This document shows, one piece after another, positions 48,511-59,290 of a DNA stretch of 64,000 nt. The stretch is from a virus. Both the position numbers and the translations under genes were made by a program. The first letter of the stretch is position 1, and every line of letters starts with the position of its first letter. The notes under the pieces were generated by a model, which worked only from the letters and a program-made list of their open reading frames with translations, was not told where the DNA came from and ran no database searches. Where the stretch lies: positions 1 to 64,000 of the IMG/VR virus record IMGVR_UViG_3300034524_000084; one strand, written 5' to 3'.

Positions 48511-51500
48511 GTGCAAATCAAAAAAAGAAATGGTAAATTAGTAGAATTTGATGAGTTAAAAATAATTAGGGCAATTGAAAAAGCAATGGCAGAAACAAAA
48601 GATGGAGTGGATAGATACGTGAGTATGTCTATCGCTAAAAAAATTAAAGAAGAATTAGAAAAACAAGATGAAATTAAAAGCGTAGAAGATATACAAGATA
48701 TGGTAGAAGTAGAATTAATGAAAGTAAGACCAGATGTGGCTAAGAAATACATACTCTACAGAGAAAAAAGAGCACAAATTAGGCAAAATGGTTGGGAGAT
48801 GACTGATTTACAAAGGGATATATTCAAAAATAAATACGAATACAACAATGAAGGGTTTTTCAATTTTGCAAATAGGGTAGCAGGTGGCAACGATTATATA
48901 GCAAAGTTAATTGTAAACAAAAAATTCTTACCTGCTGGTAGAGTTTTAGCAGGTAGAGGATTGCAAAATAAAGGAATAAAGGTAACTTATAGTAATTGCT
49001 TTATCGCAGGAACAAAGATTATTACTAAACGTGGTTTAATTAATATTGAAGACGTAAAAGTAGGAGATTATGTTTTAACTTCTGACAATACATGGCAACC
49101 AGTTAATTATGTGATGAATAGAGAATATAATGAAGATTTATACAAGATAGAATTTGAGTATGGATTAGAACCCGTTATTTGTACTGCTAACCATGAATTC
49201 TTAGCTACAGATGGATGGGTAAGGGCTGATAGATTAGTAGGTTATCAAATGGATAGAAAATATTATTCTAATGCACACTTTGTTAAATTGCCCAAACCAT
49301 CTTTTAAAATACCAGAATTTAAAATAAAATTATCTAATTATATTACCTTAAAAGAAAATCAAAAGATTGAAAAAATGGATGATGGTTATATAAGACTAGT
49401 CACCGTTAGTAATGGTGGTAATGGTGCAAAAAATGTACCACATTATAGTAACAAAATTAAAGACGAAATAGTTATCAATAGAGATGTTAGATATTTGTTA
49501 GGAAGATGGATAGGAGATGGAAGTACCACAAGGCGAAAAGGGCAAAAAAATCATAGTATTTTTCAAATTGTATTTAATTCGCAAAAAGAACAAGAGGCTT
49601 TGTTAAAGTGCGCTAAAATTATAGAAGATAATTTTGGGATCAAACCATCAATACGAATTAATGAAAAACAGCATACCGCAATACTAAGAGTTGAAAATCC
49701 ATTATTAGCTGAATTCGTGGCAAAGTATATCGGTTTTAATGCCCAAACAAAACGTATTCCTAAAGATTTAATAGGGGATATGGATGTAATTATAGGAATT
49801 ATTGATTCAGATGGCACTCTGACAAAAATGGGGAATATTTCTTTAGTATTCAATAATAAAGAATTATTAGAAGATATTAGATTATCTTTGGCTTTAAATG
49901 GTATATATACAAAAGAACCCCAAAAAATTAAACAATCCATGTCTAACACTTATAGAACTTACTCGGCTTACAAGATACTAATCCCGACACCTTTTGTGAA
50001 ACACTATCTTATAGATAAAATTAATAAAAAATACGAAGATGACAGAGTGGAACATATAAAAAATGAGACACTAAAAAGAGGTACGTTTTATAAAATTGTT
50101 GATGGTAATATCTATACTATTGTAAAAAATATCACAATATTAAAAAATAATAAAATCACTGTGTATAATCTCTCAGTGGAAAATAATCATACGTATACAG
50201 CGAATGGGGTGGTAGTCCATAATTGTTATGTCATTCCCGCTCCTGAGGATAACCTTGAATCAATATTTGATACTGCAAAATATTTAGCGAGAACATATAG
50301 CTATGGTGGTGGCTGTGGAATTGATATATCAAAGTTAAGACCTAAAGGTGCAAAAGTAAATAATGCAGCTAAAGAAAGCACTGGAGCAGTTTCATTTATG
50401 GAGTTATTTTCTACTACAACTGGATTGATAAGTCAAAAAGGCAGACGTAGGCAATAAATATTGCCTCCGAAAATGCATTGCATAGAGTAGGAGGATGTTA
50501 ATGATACAAAAAGAGATTTTAGAGGAATATCTCAAACAAGGAATAAGTTTAAGAGGAATTGGGCGAATTACAGGGTATAATCATAGGACTTTAGGATATT
50601 GGGCAAAAAAATACCAACTTACTCATCTAATAAAGCCTAACCATATAAAATATAAGGATGAGCATTATTTCCAAAAAATAAACACTAAAGAAAAGGCATA
50701 TATTTTAGGTTTTATATTGGGCGATGGATATATAAGCGATGAAGCCATACAAATAAGTATAAAACTAAGTGACAGAGAAATACTTGACCTTATAGCCGAT
50801 GAACTTGGCGCAAGGCTAATAATTGACGAGCGAACCAATAAAAAACAAAAAAAATACCCTTCAGCGGAAATTAATATAGGAAACAAATATATAGTGAAAG
50901 ATATACTTAGATTAAGTGGAGGCAAACTCAAACAAGATAGGCATATACCAATTATTTCACCAAAATTGGAAAATTATTTGGTACAAGGATTTTTTGATGC
51001 TGAAGGAACTATAACTTGGGGACACCGAAAAGATAGGGATAGAATTTGGCACAAAGTAGCATTTATTTCACAACTCAAAATGTTGGAAGGTATCCAAAAT
51101 ATACTTATTAAAAATGGTATTCCTACTAAAATTAGACCAAAATCAGACGGTAATTGTTATGTGATGGAAATTGCTAATAAAGAGATGGTTTTAAAACTGA
51201 TGGAGTATATTTACCAAGACAAAGAATTTATTATCTTAAAACGAAAATACCAAAATTATCAAGCCCTGCGTCTTGAATTGGGTGAAGTCGGTGGAGCCTA
51301 AACATACCTTATGGTATGCATGGTAACACCGAGCCAAGCCTACCGAATGGCTCTTAGGGTAGGTAGGAAGGTGTAGAGACTATGGGGTGAGGAAGCCTAC
51401 CAATAATCCTCAATAAGCGCCCAAGCCCTTATACATTTTGTATAGGGGTAAGATATAGTCCAACCCACGTGGAAACACGTGGATTATTGGGGGCATTAAT

Positions 51501-52881
51501 GATAAGTATAGATTGCCACCACCCAGACATTATAGATTTTATTAACATAAAAAATGATTTGACTAAAGTTACTAAAGCAAACATCTCAATAAGAGCAACA
51601 GATGATTTTATGCAAGCAATAAAAAATAATGAAGATTTTGAGTTATTTTTTGAAATTCCTGAAACTGGCGAAAAAATATCTAAAAAGGTCAGAGCAAGAG
51701 ATTTATTATATGAAATAGCTAAATCAAACTGGAATATGGGAGAGCCAGGATTTTTGTACTGGGATAGAATTGAGAAATGGAATTTATTATATGGCAATAA
51801 AGAATTTAAATTTGGGGGAGTAAATCCGTGTGGTGAAGAGCCTCTCCCAGACTTCGGCTCATGTAATCTTGGTAGTATGAATTTATCTGAATATGTAGTT
51901 AAACCATTCACAAAAGAAGCTTATTTCGATTTTGATAGCTTTGCAAGAGATGTAAAAGAAGCAGTTGTCTATCTCAATGAAATACTTGATGAGGGAATGT
52001 ATTTACACCCACTGAAAGAACAACAAGAAGTAGTAAGAGATTGGAGACAAATTGGGTTGGGCATCATGGGGCTCGCAGATATGTTTATAAAATTAGGTAT
52101 ACGCTATGGTTCACCAGAATCATTAGAATTGGCAGATAAAATAGGTTATGTAATGATTAATGCAGCTATGCAACAATCGGCACTACTTGCAAAGGAATAT
52201 GGCACATATCCTAAATATGACAAAGAAGCAACTTTATCATCACCTTTTTTCCAATACAATGCTGATGAAGTCACAAAAACATTGGTTGAGAAATATGGAT
52301 TAAGAAACAGCCAGCTCCTTACAATTGCTCCTACAGGCAGTATTTCCACTATGCTTGGTGTATCAGGAGGTATTGAACCCATTTTTGAGATATCTTATAC
52401 GAGAAAAACTGAAACACTGAATGGTACTGAAAGCTATTATAAAGTATATACACCAATTGTTGCAGAATATATGAAATTGTACAATTTAAAATCAGGAGAA
52501 GAATTACCTGACTATTTTGTTACAGCAATGACAATTCCATATCAAGAAAGAATAAAAATGCAGGCAGTATGGCAGAAACATATTGATGCAAGTATATCAT
52601 CAACTGTAAATCTTCCCGAAGAAACTGCAATAGAAGACATCATGAATATTTACATGATGGCTTGGGAAGAAGGATTAAAAGGAATTACAGTATTTAGAAA
52701 TAATTGTTTTAGAACAGGAATATTACTTACAGAACCACCTAAAACACAACAAACACAACAAGAAACAAAAAATACAAATTTAGAAGAAGAAGATAAATGT
52801 CCAATCTGTGGTGGCAAATTAAAACATATAGGTGGATGTACTGAATGTGAAGATTGTGGTTGGAGTGCTTGCTCAGTTTGA
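48511..52881 (+). CDS. nrdJ: Class II ribonucleotide reductase split by an intein and a group I intron (exons 48511-50448 and 51490-52881)
   Basis: ATP cone, PAGRVL, SNC, GGGCG, spliced GRR|GALM, NPCGE, CNLGS, TIAPTGS, C-terminal cysteines; no small-subunit gene nearby. Confidence 0.92.
48997..50223 (+). mobile_element. Intein with LAGLIDADG endonuclease (409 aa)
   Basis: YSN|CFIAGT...CTANHEF...LGRWIGDGS...IGIIDSDG...VYNLSV...VVHN|CYV. Confidence 0.93.
50449..51489 (+). mobile_element. Group I intron
   Basis: Follows an exon U and ends in G. IGS GCGTCT (51268-51273) pairs with exon AGACGT; R element GTAGAGACTA, S element AAGATATAGTCC, P9 CCACGTG-GAAA-CACGTGG. Confidence 0.9.
50495..51301 (+). 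CDS. Intron-encoded LAGLIDADG homing endonuclease
   Basis: AYILGFILGDG and VQGFFDAEG motifs; N-terminal HTH. Confidence 0.9.
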   Translation: MLMIQKEILEEYLKQGISLRGIGRITGYNHRTLGYWAKKYQLTHLIKPNHIKYKDEHYFQKINTKEKAYILGFILGDGYISDEAIQISIKLSDREILDLIADELGARLIIDERTNKKQKKYPSAEINIGNKYIVKDILRLSGGKLKQDRHIPIISPKLENYLVQGFFDAEGTITWGHRKDRDRIWHKVAFISQLKMLEGIQNILIKNGIPTKIRPKSDGNCYVMEIANKEMVLKLMEYIYQDKEFIILKRKYQNYQALRLELGEVGGA

Positions 52882-52938
52882 GCAAGTGCTACCCCACCCA
52901 ATTAAATAAAATTAGTATTTTAAAAGGAGGAATTTGTT

Positions 52939-53370
52939 ATGCTAAAAATTAAAATTAAATACTTTGATGATAAACTTGAAAGAATTAAAAAAATAGAAAT
53001 TGGTAACTGGATTGATTTAAGAGCTGCTAAAGATGTAAAACTTAAAGCAGGAGAGTTTGCATTAATCCCACTAGGGATTGCTATGGAATTACCTGAAGGA
53101 TATGAAGCTCATGTAGTACCACGTTCAAGCACCTTTAAAAATTTTGGTATTATCCAAACAAATAGTATTGGGATAATTGATAATTCCTATTCAGGAGATA
53201 ACGACCAATGGTTTTTTCCTGCTTATGCTTTAAAGGACACAGAAATACATTTTAACGATAGAATTTGTCAATTCAGAATAGTACCAGTTATGCCAGAAGT
53301 AGAATTTATCGAGGTAGAACACTTAGACAATGAAGATAGAGGTGGGCATGGCAGTACAGGAATTAAATAG
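52939..53370 (+). CDS. dut: dUTPase (trimeric)
   Basis: [28 protein letters not shown]. Confidence 0.93.
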   Translation: MLKIKIKYFDDKLERIKKIEIGNWIDLRAAKDVKLKAGEFALIPLGIAMELPEGYEAHVVPRSSTFKNFGIIQTNSIGIIDNSYSGDNDQWFFPAYALKDTEIHFNDRICQFRIVPVMPEVEFIEVEHLDNEDRGGHGSTGIK

Positions 53371-53584
53371 TGGGAGGTATTTCCTCCCTTTATTATAAAT
53401 ACAAGGAGGTATCTTTATGATTTTAGTGAAAACTTGTGCTTGGTATATTATCATTATAACGATATTTGGAATATTGATTGGTATTAAAAACAAGAAAGCT
53501 ACCGAGTTATTAGGTGAAATTCTTTTAAATTTACCTATGTGGTATTTAGCATATTTCGTCATTAAATTATAAGGAGGTACTTCA

Positions 53585-53824
53585 ATGGCAAAAGAAGAAT
53601 ACTGGGTATGTGATAGATGTGGGAAAAAAGAACGTAAATCAATGGATGAGTTTGATTTTATAGATAATACATGGTGGGAAATTAATTTAGGAAGGGCTGG
53701 ATATGGAAGTAAATTAGATGGATGTGAGGTCAAATTCACACTGTGTGATGACTGTCTATTTGAAATCTTTAATTCACTTGCAAAACAAGCTCAAAAAAGA
53801 ATTTTGGATACTTCTATTTTTTAA
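53585..53824 (+). CDS. Small Cys-containing hypothetical protein
   Basis: CDRC...GYGSKLDG...LCDDC. Confidence 0.7.
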   Translation: MAKEEYWVCDRCGKKERKSMDEFDFIDNTWWEINLGRAGYGSKLDGCEVKFTLCDDCLFEIFNSLAKQAQKRILDTSIF

Positions 53825-53837
53825 GGGGGAAATACTG

Positions 53838-55028
53838 ATGTTGAGAGTAAAAGGAGAATACAATGAAGCAATAATTTATACTGACCACGTAGAAGAAGAA
53901 GCCTTAAAACAAATTGCAGAATTATGTAATCAAGAAGCGTTTAAAGATTCAAAAATTCGCATTATGCCTGACGTACACTCGGGAGTAGGTTGTACTATAG
54001 GGACGACAATGACGATTAAAGATAAAGTTATTCCTAATCTTGTTGGTGTAGATATTGGCTGTGGAATGGAAGTAGCTGTTATACAAGAAAAAGATATAAA
54101 TTTAGAAAAGCTTGATAGAATTATACATGATTTTATTCCAGCAGGTCAAAACATAAGAGAGAAAGAACATCATTACATTGAAATGGTTAATTTAGATGAG
54201 TTACGATGCAAAAACAATATAAATATCGATAGGGCAAGATTAAGTATAGGTACGCTTGGGGGAGGAAATCACTTTATTGAGGTTGACAAAGATCCTGAGG
54301 ATAATATTTATATTGTAGTTCATTCAGGCAGTCGTTATTTAGGAAAACAAGTTGCTGAATATTATCAAGAAACTGCTTATAAAGAACTAACATCATTAAG
54401 AGAAGAAAAACAAAAAATTATAGAAAAATTAAAAGCTGAAGGAAGACAAAGAGAAATTCAAAGTAAATTAGAAAAATTAAAAACTCCTAAAATTAAAAAA
54501 GACCTTGCGTACTTAAAAGGAAAATCCTTTGACGACTATATCCATGACATGAAAATTGTCCAACTATATGCTGTCTACAATAGAAAGGCTATTATAGATG
54601 AAATAATAAATAAAATGAACCTGACTGTAGTAGACCAATTCACAACAATACATAACTATATAGATTTAGAAAATATGATACTAAGAAAAGGTGCTATTTC
54701 TGCACAAAAAGGCGAAAGAGTAATAATACCAATAAACATGCGTGATGGAAGTATTATCGCTATCGGAAAAGGTAATCCTGATTGGAATTATTCTGCCCCT
54801 CATGGAGCAGGGAGAATTATGAGTAGAAACAAAGCTAAAGAATTATTAAAACTTAATGATTTTGTAGAATCAATGAAAGGGGTATATTCAACCACAATAA
54901 ATGAATACACAATTGATGAAGCTCCAATGGCTTACAAACCTATAGAAGAAATAATAAATAATATTCAAGAAACAGTATATATCGACAAAATTATAAAACC
55001 TATTTACAATTTTAAAGCAATAGAATAG
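53838..55028 (+). CDS. rtcB: RtcB RNA 3'-phosphate/5'-OH ligase
   Basis: MPDVH, VGVDIGCG, GTLGGGNHFIE, HSGSR, HNY, RKGA, SAPHGAGR, DEAP.AYK; start set at the ATG after the GGGGG RBS. Confidence 0.95.
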   Translation: MLRVKGEYNEAIIYTDHVEEEALKQIAELCNQEAFKDSKIRIMPDVHSGVGCTIGTTMTIKDKVIPNLVGVDIGCGMEVAVIQEKDINLEKLDRIIHDFIPAGQNIREKEHHYIEMVNLDELRCKNNINIDRARLSIGTLGGGNHFIEVDKDPEDNIYIVVHSGSRYLGKQVAEYYQETAYKELTSLREEKQKIIEKLKAEGRQREIQSKLEKLKTPKIKKDLAYLKGKSFDDYIHDMKIVQLYAVYNRKAIIDEIINKMNLTVVDQFTTIHNYIDLENMILRKGAISAQKGERVIIPINMRDGSIIAIGKGNPDWNYSAPHGAGRIMSRNKAKELLKLNDFVESMKGVYSTTINEYTIDEAPMAYKPIEEIINNIQETVYIDKIIKPIYNFKAIE

Positions 55029-55029
55029 G

Positions 55030-55503
55030 GTGATACAGTTGAGAATCCTTTCATTCGATCAATCTACAAAATTAACTGGATGGGCATTTTTTAACAGTAA
55101 AGAACTAGAAGGATATGGCATAATTGATGGAAGTAAAATAAAAAATCTCGACGAAAAATTGTTATACCAAAAAAATGAAATCATTAAGCTTTATAATAAC
55201 TTTTCTCCAGATTTTGTAATTATTGAGGATATACAATATCAAAAAAATATTTTCACTTACAAAGAATTAGCAGAATTGTTGGGTATTATAAGCAATTATT
55301 TTTACGAACACAAAATTAATTATTTAATTATACCTCCTTCACAATGGAAAAGCTATTGTGATATAAAAGGACGAAAGCGTGCTGAACAAAAAGAAAACAC
55401 AATACAGTTTGTTAAAAATAAATTCAACATTGATGTGTCTGATGATATTGCTGATGCTATATGTATTGGATGGTATGGGACAAACATAATTAAAGAGAGG
55501 TGA
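55030..55503 (+). CDS. ruvC: RuvC-like Holliday junction resolvase
   Basis: SFDQS...TGWA, IIED, P.QWK, DDIADAI. Confidence 0.85.
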   Translation: MIQLRILSFDQSTKLTGWAFFNSKELEGYGIIDGSKIKNLDEKLLYQKNEIIKLYNNFSPDFVIIEDIQYQKNIFTYKELAELLGIISNYFYEHKINYLIIPPSQWKSYCDIKGRKRAEQKENTIQFVKNKFNIDVSDDIADAICIGWYGTNIIKER

Positions 55504-55507
55504 TGCT

Positions 55508-55726
55508 ATGGAAAATTTTGACAGCTTACAAGTAAAAGAGGGAGATTCTTTATTGATGGATGTAAAAGAAGTACAAGAGTTATTAAAAATAGGGGAAACA
55601 AAAACGTATGAAATTATAAGAAAAGAAAATATTCCACATATTAGAGTAGGAAGACAAATCAAAGTTTTAAGGCAAGGATTATATGATTGGATTAAGGAAA
55701 AAATGAAAAATAATACTTATACATAA
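55508..55726 (+). CDS. Excisionase-like HTH_17 protein
   Basis: LMDVKEVQELLKIG...YEII...IPHIRVGRQI. Confidence 0.85.
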   Translation: MENFDSLQVKEGDSLLMDVKEVQELLKIGETKTYEIIRKENIPHIRVGRQIKVLRQGLYDWIKEKMKNNTYT

Positions 55727-55822
55727 GAAGGTGTTGCTCACACCTTCTTATTGTTATACAATTTCAAAAAAGATAAAACAAAATAAAAAATAGGGCATTA
55801 TGATAAAAAATCTGATGCCTTT

Positions 55823-56113
55823 TTGACTACATTTGACGACAAAATAGATAAAAATACATAAAAAAATTAAAAATAGATAAAAAATTACAATTTTAAAAAT
55901 CCGCAAAAATAAAGGCTTGACAAAAAAGATAAAACTATTTATAATTAGATATTGTTGAGAGGTCAAGACTTTGACTCTGGCATTCGTAGGTTCGAATCCT
56001 ACCATCCCAGCCATATTTGAAGGATTCGATGTAGTCAAATTGACTACATTTTGACGACATAAATTGTCTGACAATTTCATAGTCAAGGTCTTGACTACAT
56101 TTTATGTAGTCAA
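55823..56113. repeat. Integrase arm-type sites TTGAC(T/G)ACA
   Basis: Direct copies at 55823, 55833, 56040, 56051 and 56091; inverted ATGTAGTCAA at 56029 and 56104. Confidence 0.8.
55966..56013 (+). other. attP core equal to the 3' half of tRNA-Gln(TTG)
   Basis: AGACTTTGACTCTGGCATTCGTAGGTTCGAATCCTACCATCCCAGCCA: anticodon loop, T-arm and CCA present; 5' half absent. Confidence 0.88.
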
Positions 56114-56179
56114 TTTTTTATATTTTTGTTCTTGACTTTTCACAAGTGATATTATAAAATAAACAAAGGAGAGATAAGT

Positions 56180-57307
56180 ATGGCAGGTTCAATCAGAAAA
56201 AGGGGGAATAAATATCAGGTTGTAATTGAATTAGGAACAGATGTGAATGGCAAGAGATTAAGAAGATATTTTACTGCCAATTCTGAGGCTGAAGCTAAGA
56301 AAATTTTAATAGAGCAAGAATATCTATTACAACAGAATAGTTTCTTAATTCCGTCTGACATGACTTTTGGGGAATTCCTTAATTATTGGTTTGATAATTA
56401 TGTAAAAATTAAAAATGAAAAAACCACACAAACTGAATACCGACGAGTATTAGATAAATATATTATCCCTAAATTAGGAAACATAAAATTACAGAAATTA
56501 ATGCCACATCATATACAGAGTTATTATAAATATCTAATGGAAGAAGTTGGATTGTCTCCTAATACTGTCTACAAACATCATGCTAATATACGTAAGGCAT
56601 TAGATTACGCTCTAAAACAAAAATTTGTAAGTGCCAATGTGGCTGATGCTGTAGAATTACCTAAGAAAATTGAATTTGAAGGCAACTCATATACAATTGA
56701 ACAATTGCAAAAATTATTAGAAAAATCAAAAGATACTTATTTGGAAGCACCTATAGCTTTAGCTGTTTACTTGGGATTACGAAGAGAAGAAATTGCTGGA
56801 TTAAGATGGGAACATGTCAATTTTGAAGAAAGAACTATATCAATAAAAGAAGTAAAAGTTAGAGCTGATAGGGAAGTTATAGTTAAAAAACCAAAAAATA
56901 AAAGTAGCGAAAGGATACTTCATATTCCTGATGGGTTATATAATATTTTAAAGAAATGGAAAGATAAACAAGAATATCATAAAAATCTTTTTGGTAAAAA
57001 ATACGTAGAATCAGATTATGTGTGTACTTATTTTGATGGTAGACCTATAAAACCAGATAAACTAAGCAGGAGATTTAAGGAATTTCTATTAAGAAATAAT
57101 TTACCTCCTATTAGACTACATGATTTACGACATACATTTGCTACAGTATTATACCAAAATGGTGTGCCTGTTAAAAATATCTCAGAAGCATTGGGGCATT
57201 CTGATATTACTACCACACTTAAAATTTATGCCCATGTTATCGACAAAACCAACAAAGAAGCTGTGAATAAAATGGATGATCTACTAAAAATCCATAAGGA
57301 GACATGA
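56180..57307 (+). CDS. int: Phage tyrosine integrase
   Basis: MAGSIRKRG arm-binding N-terminus, GLRREE, HDLRH, LGHS, IYAHV. Confidence 0.95.
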   Translation: MAGSIRKRGNKYQVVIELGTDVNGKRLRRYFTANSEAEAKKILIEQEYLLQQNSFLIPSDMTFGEFLNYWFDNYVKIKNEKTTQTEYRRVLDKYIIPKLGNIKLQKLMPHHIQSYYKYLMEEVGLSPNTVYKHHANIRKALDYALKQKFVSANVADAVELPKKIEFEGNSYTIEQLQKLLEKSKDTYLEAPIALAVYLGLRREEIAGLRWEHVNFEERTISIKEVKVRADREVIVKKPKNKSSERILHIPDGLYNILKKWKDKQEYHKNLFGKKYVESDYVCTYFDGRPIKPDKLSRRFKEFLLRNNLPPIRLHDLRHTFATVLYQNGVPVKNISEALGHSDITTTLKIYAHVIDKTNKEAVNKMDDLLKIHKET

Positions 57308-57468
57308 GTATGTTTTTTAGAGAAATATGGTTAGATAAGGGAAATCCAGCTTATATTTTTGCAAAAGGTAATAATGTGTGGATAATGTCAATTGAAGATA
57401 ATATTAACAACAATAAAGAAATATTAGATGTAATTGATGAATACGGTAAAGATAGGGATTTTTCGTTT

Positions 57469-58816
57469 CTGACATACTCTCTCCACTGAAGTGGAGAGGT
57501 TCTTTAAGCGAAGTTTGGTAGTCTATGCTACCCTTATTCGCTTGGGGCTGCCAAACCCTCTACTCCTATCCAGTACTGGATTTGGAGCTACTCTCTTTAA
57601 TATATTTATTGCACCATTTATATCTGCATTCATTACTGCACCGCATTTGCTACAGACGTATAATCCTCTGTATATGCGATTATTTTTCTTCACTACACCG
57701 CATACACTGCAAGTCTGTGATGTGTACGCTTCATCTACCTTTTCTACTTCTATTCCATATTCTTTAGCTTTGTATTTTATCATATCAAATAATCTACCAA
57801 ACGGTATTTTGTGTAGTTTCTCGTTATTTTTATGTCCTATATCCATATTTGTTATTCCATCGCTCATTCCACCTATCACTATCTTGCTTACTCCTTTTTC
57901 TTTCGCTAATTCTACTATATGTCTTGAAACTTTATGTATATAGTCTTTTACAAAATTATTCTCTTTGATTATTAAATTGTGAAACTTTTGCGATGTTTTG
58001 TATCCTTGTTTTGAAATTACAGATTGAATCTTCGCTTTTTCTTTGGCTAATAATCTTAATCTTGAGATAAGGTGACTGCCATCGATGATAAATGTTTCTG
58101 GATTTTCTTCTATAACAATTGAAGCGAGATTCTTTACTCCAAAATCTATTCCCATTAATTTATCTCTTTTAGGCTTGATTTCTGGTATTTCTTTTTTGTA
58201 GATGATATGGACAAAGTAGGTGGTATATCCATAAGAAGTTTTTGGAACAATTTCAATTTCCTGTACAGTATTGAGCGATAGATTTTTCGGTAAATCTATC
58301 CATAGATATTTGGACTCAATACCGTACTTTTCTTTTAAATATTGCTTTGTTTGTGTGGACAATGATAGTCTGATTTTGCTATTAATTATTTTTATGCCAT
58401 TTTTCTTCCATCTTACAGGGATATGCCCGTTTTTGGGTTGATACTTCGGCTTTTTAGTATATCCATCAAAAAAATTCTTCCAAGCTATCTGTAGTTTTTG
58501 CAGTATTGCTTGTGCAGATTGTGAATGCAAGTTTTTATACCAGAAATTATCCTTTAAGCACTTTTCTAACTGATTTACTAATACTTCTCTGTTTTGAACA
58601 GCATAGTTTGCAACGTTCCACAATTTTGATGCTGAGTATGTTAAATGTCCCAATATTATTCTGTGTTCGCTGTTGCAGTTAGAGAGTTGAAATACTATAA
58701 CTCTTGTTACTATCACTTTTCTCACCTTCTTTCTGTTTTAGATCTGCTTTATTTTATCACATTTTTACCGCCTTTCATCTCTCCAATAAATTGGAGAGCG
58801 TTCTCGGCGGATGATC
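57469..58816 (-). mobile_element. IS200/IS605-family IS1341-type element (tnpB only)
   Basis: Subterminal hairpins CTCTCCA-N-TGGAGAG at both ends; inserted 3' of TTAC on the minus strand; right end TCAG; no target duplication and no tnpA. Confidence 0.85.
57523..58725 (-). CDS. tnpB: TnpB RNA-guided endonuclease
   Basis: LWNVANY, HSQSAQ, GIDFGV, DYIHKVSR, EAYTSQTCSVC, CSKCG, NADINGAINI. Confidence 0.93.
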   Translation of the reverse strand: MRKVIVTRVIVFQLSNCNSEHRIILGHLTYSASKLWNVANYAVQNREVLVNQLEKCLKDNFWYKNLHSQSAQAILQKLQIAWKNFFDGYTKKPKYQPKNGHIPVRWKKNGIKIINSKIRLSLSTQTKQYLKEKYGIESKYLWIDLPKNLSLNTVQEIEIVPKTSYGYTTYFVHIIYKKEIPEIKPKRDKLMGIDFGVKNLASIVIEENPETFIIDGSHLISRLRLLAKEKAKIQSVISKQGYKTSQKFHNLIIKENNFVKDYIHKVSRHIVELAKEKGVSKIVIGGMSDGITNMDIGHKNNEKLHKIPFGRLFDMIKYKAKEYGIEVEKVDEAYTSQTCSVCGVVKKNNRIYRGLYVCSKCGAVMNADINGAINILKRVAPNPVLDRSRGFGSPKRIRVA

Positions 58817-58960
58817 GTAAATATTATGTATAGCACTGATTTTGATGTAGAACAATATATTTTAGATGAAGAAAAATACAAAGAAGAAGTAGAAGATGAG
58901 GACTAAATAAAAAAAAGACCCCTATAAGCCCTAATTAAAGAGCTTATGGGGGATAAATTT

Positions 58961-59278
58961 TTATTTTAATCCTTTTTCTTTTAATACCATATTCATTTCT
59001 TTTACTGCTGCTTCAATTAGTATATTAATTTCATCATCAGATAATTTGTTGCCAATCATCTTTTTAATTATTGCAACAGCTTCCGCTTTTTTGTCTGCGC
59101 CGTTACCAGAACCTAAAGTTTGTTCTATTGCCAATACCACATTTTTAACTAAATTATATGCTTTCTTAAATTTTTCATTGCTAAGTTTTGTTTGTAAAAA
59201 TTGTATTACATAACCTAATACTACTAAAACAACTAATTGTATGGCATAAAACAAAATTTGTATTATTAGTTCTCTCAC
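58961..59278 (-). CDS. Holin (LL-H-like)
   Basis: N-terminal TM segment, V.AIEQ...G.G.DKK, LIEAAVKEM; next to the amidase. Confidence 0.85.
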   Translation of the reverse strand: MRELIIQILFYAIQLVVLVVLGYVIQFLQTKLSNEKFKKAYNLVKNVVLAIEQTLGSGNGADKKAEAVAIIKKMIGNKLSDDEINILIEAAVKEMNMVLKEKGLK

Positions 59279-59290
59279 AATGATTCCTCC

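Larger units (their letters stand above)
57304..58906 (+). pseudogene. 84-aa acidic gene interrupted by the IS
   Basis: Joining 57468 to 58817 restores the frame: ...DRDFSF|VNIMYSTDFDVEQY...EDED*. Confidence 0.8.

Noticed and set aside
51469-51489. GTG start of a separate second RNR gene
   Set aside because: These codons lie in the intron P9 hairpin; the frame is exon 2 of nrdJ.
55966-56013. Functional tRNA-Gln gene
   Set aside because: The acceptor 5' strand and D arm are missing; it is an att core.
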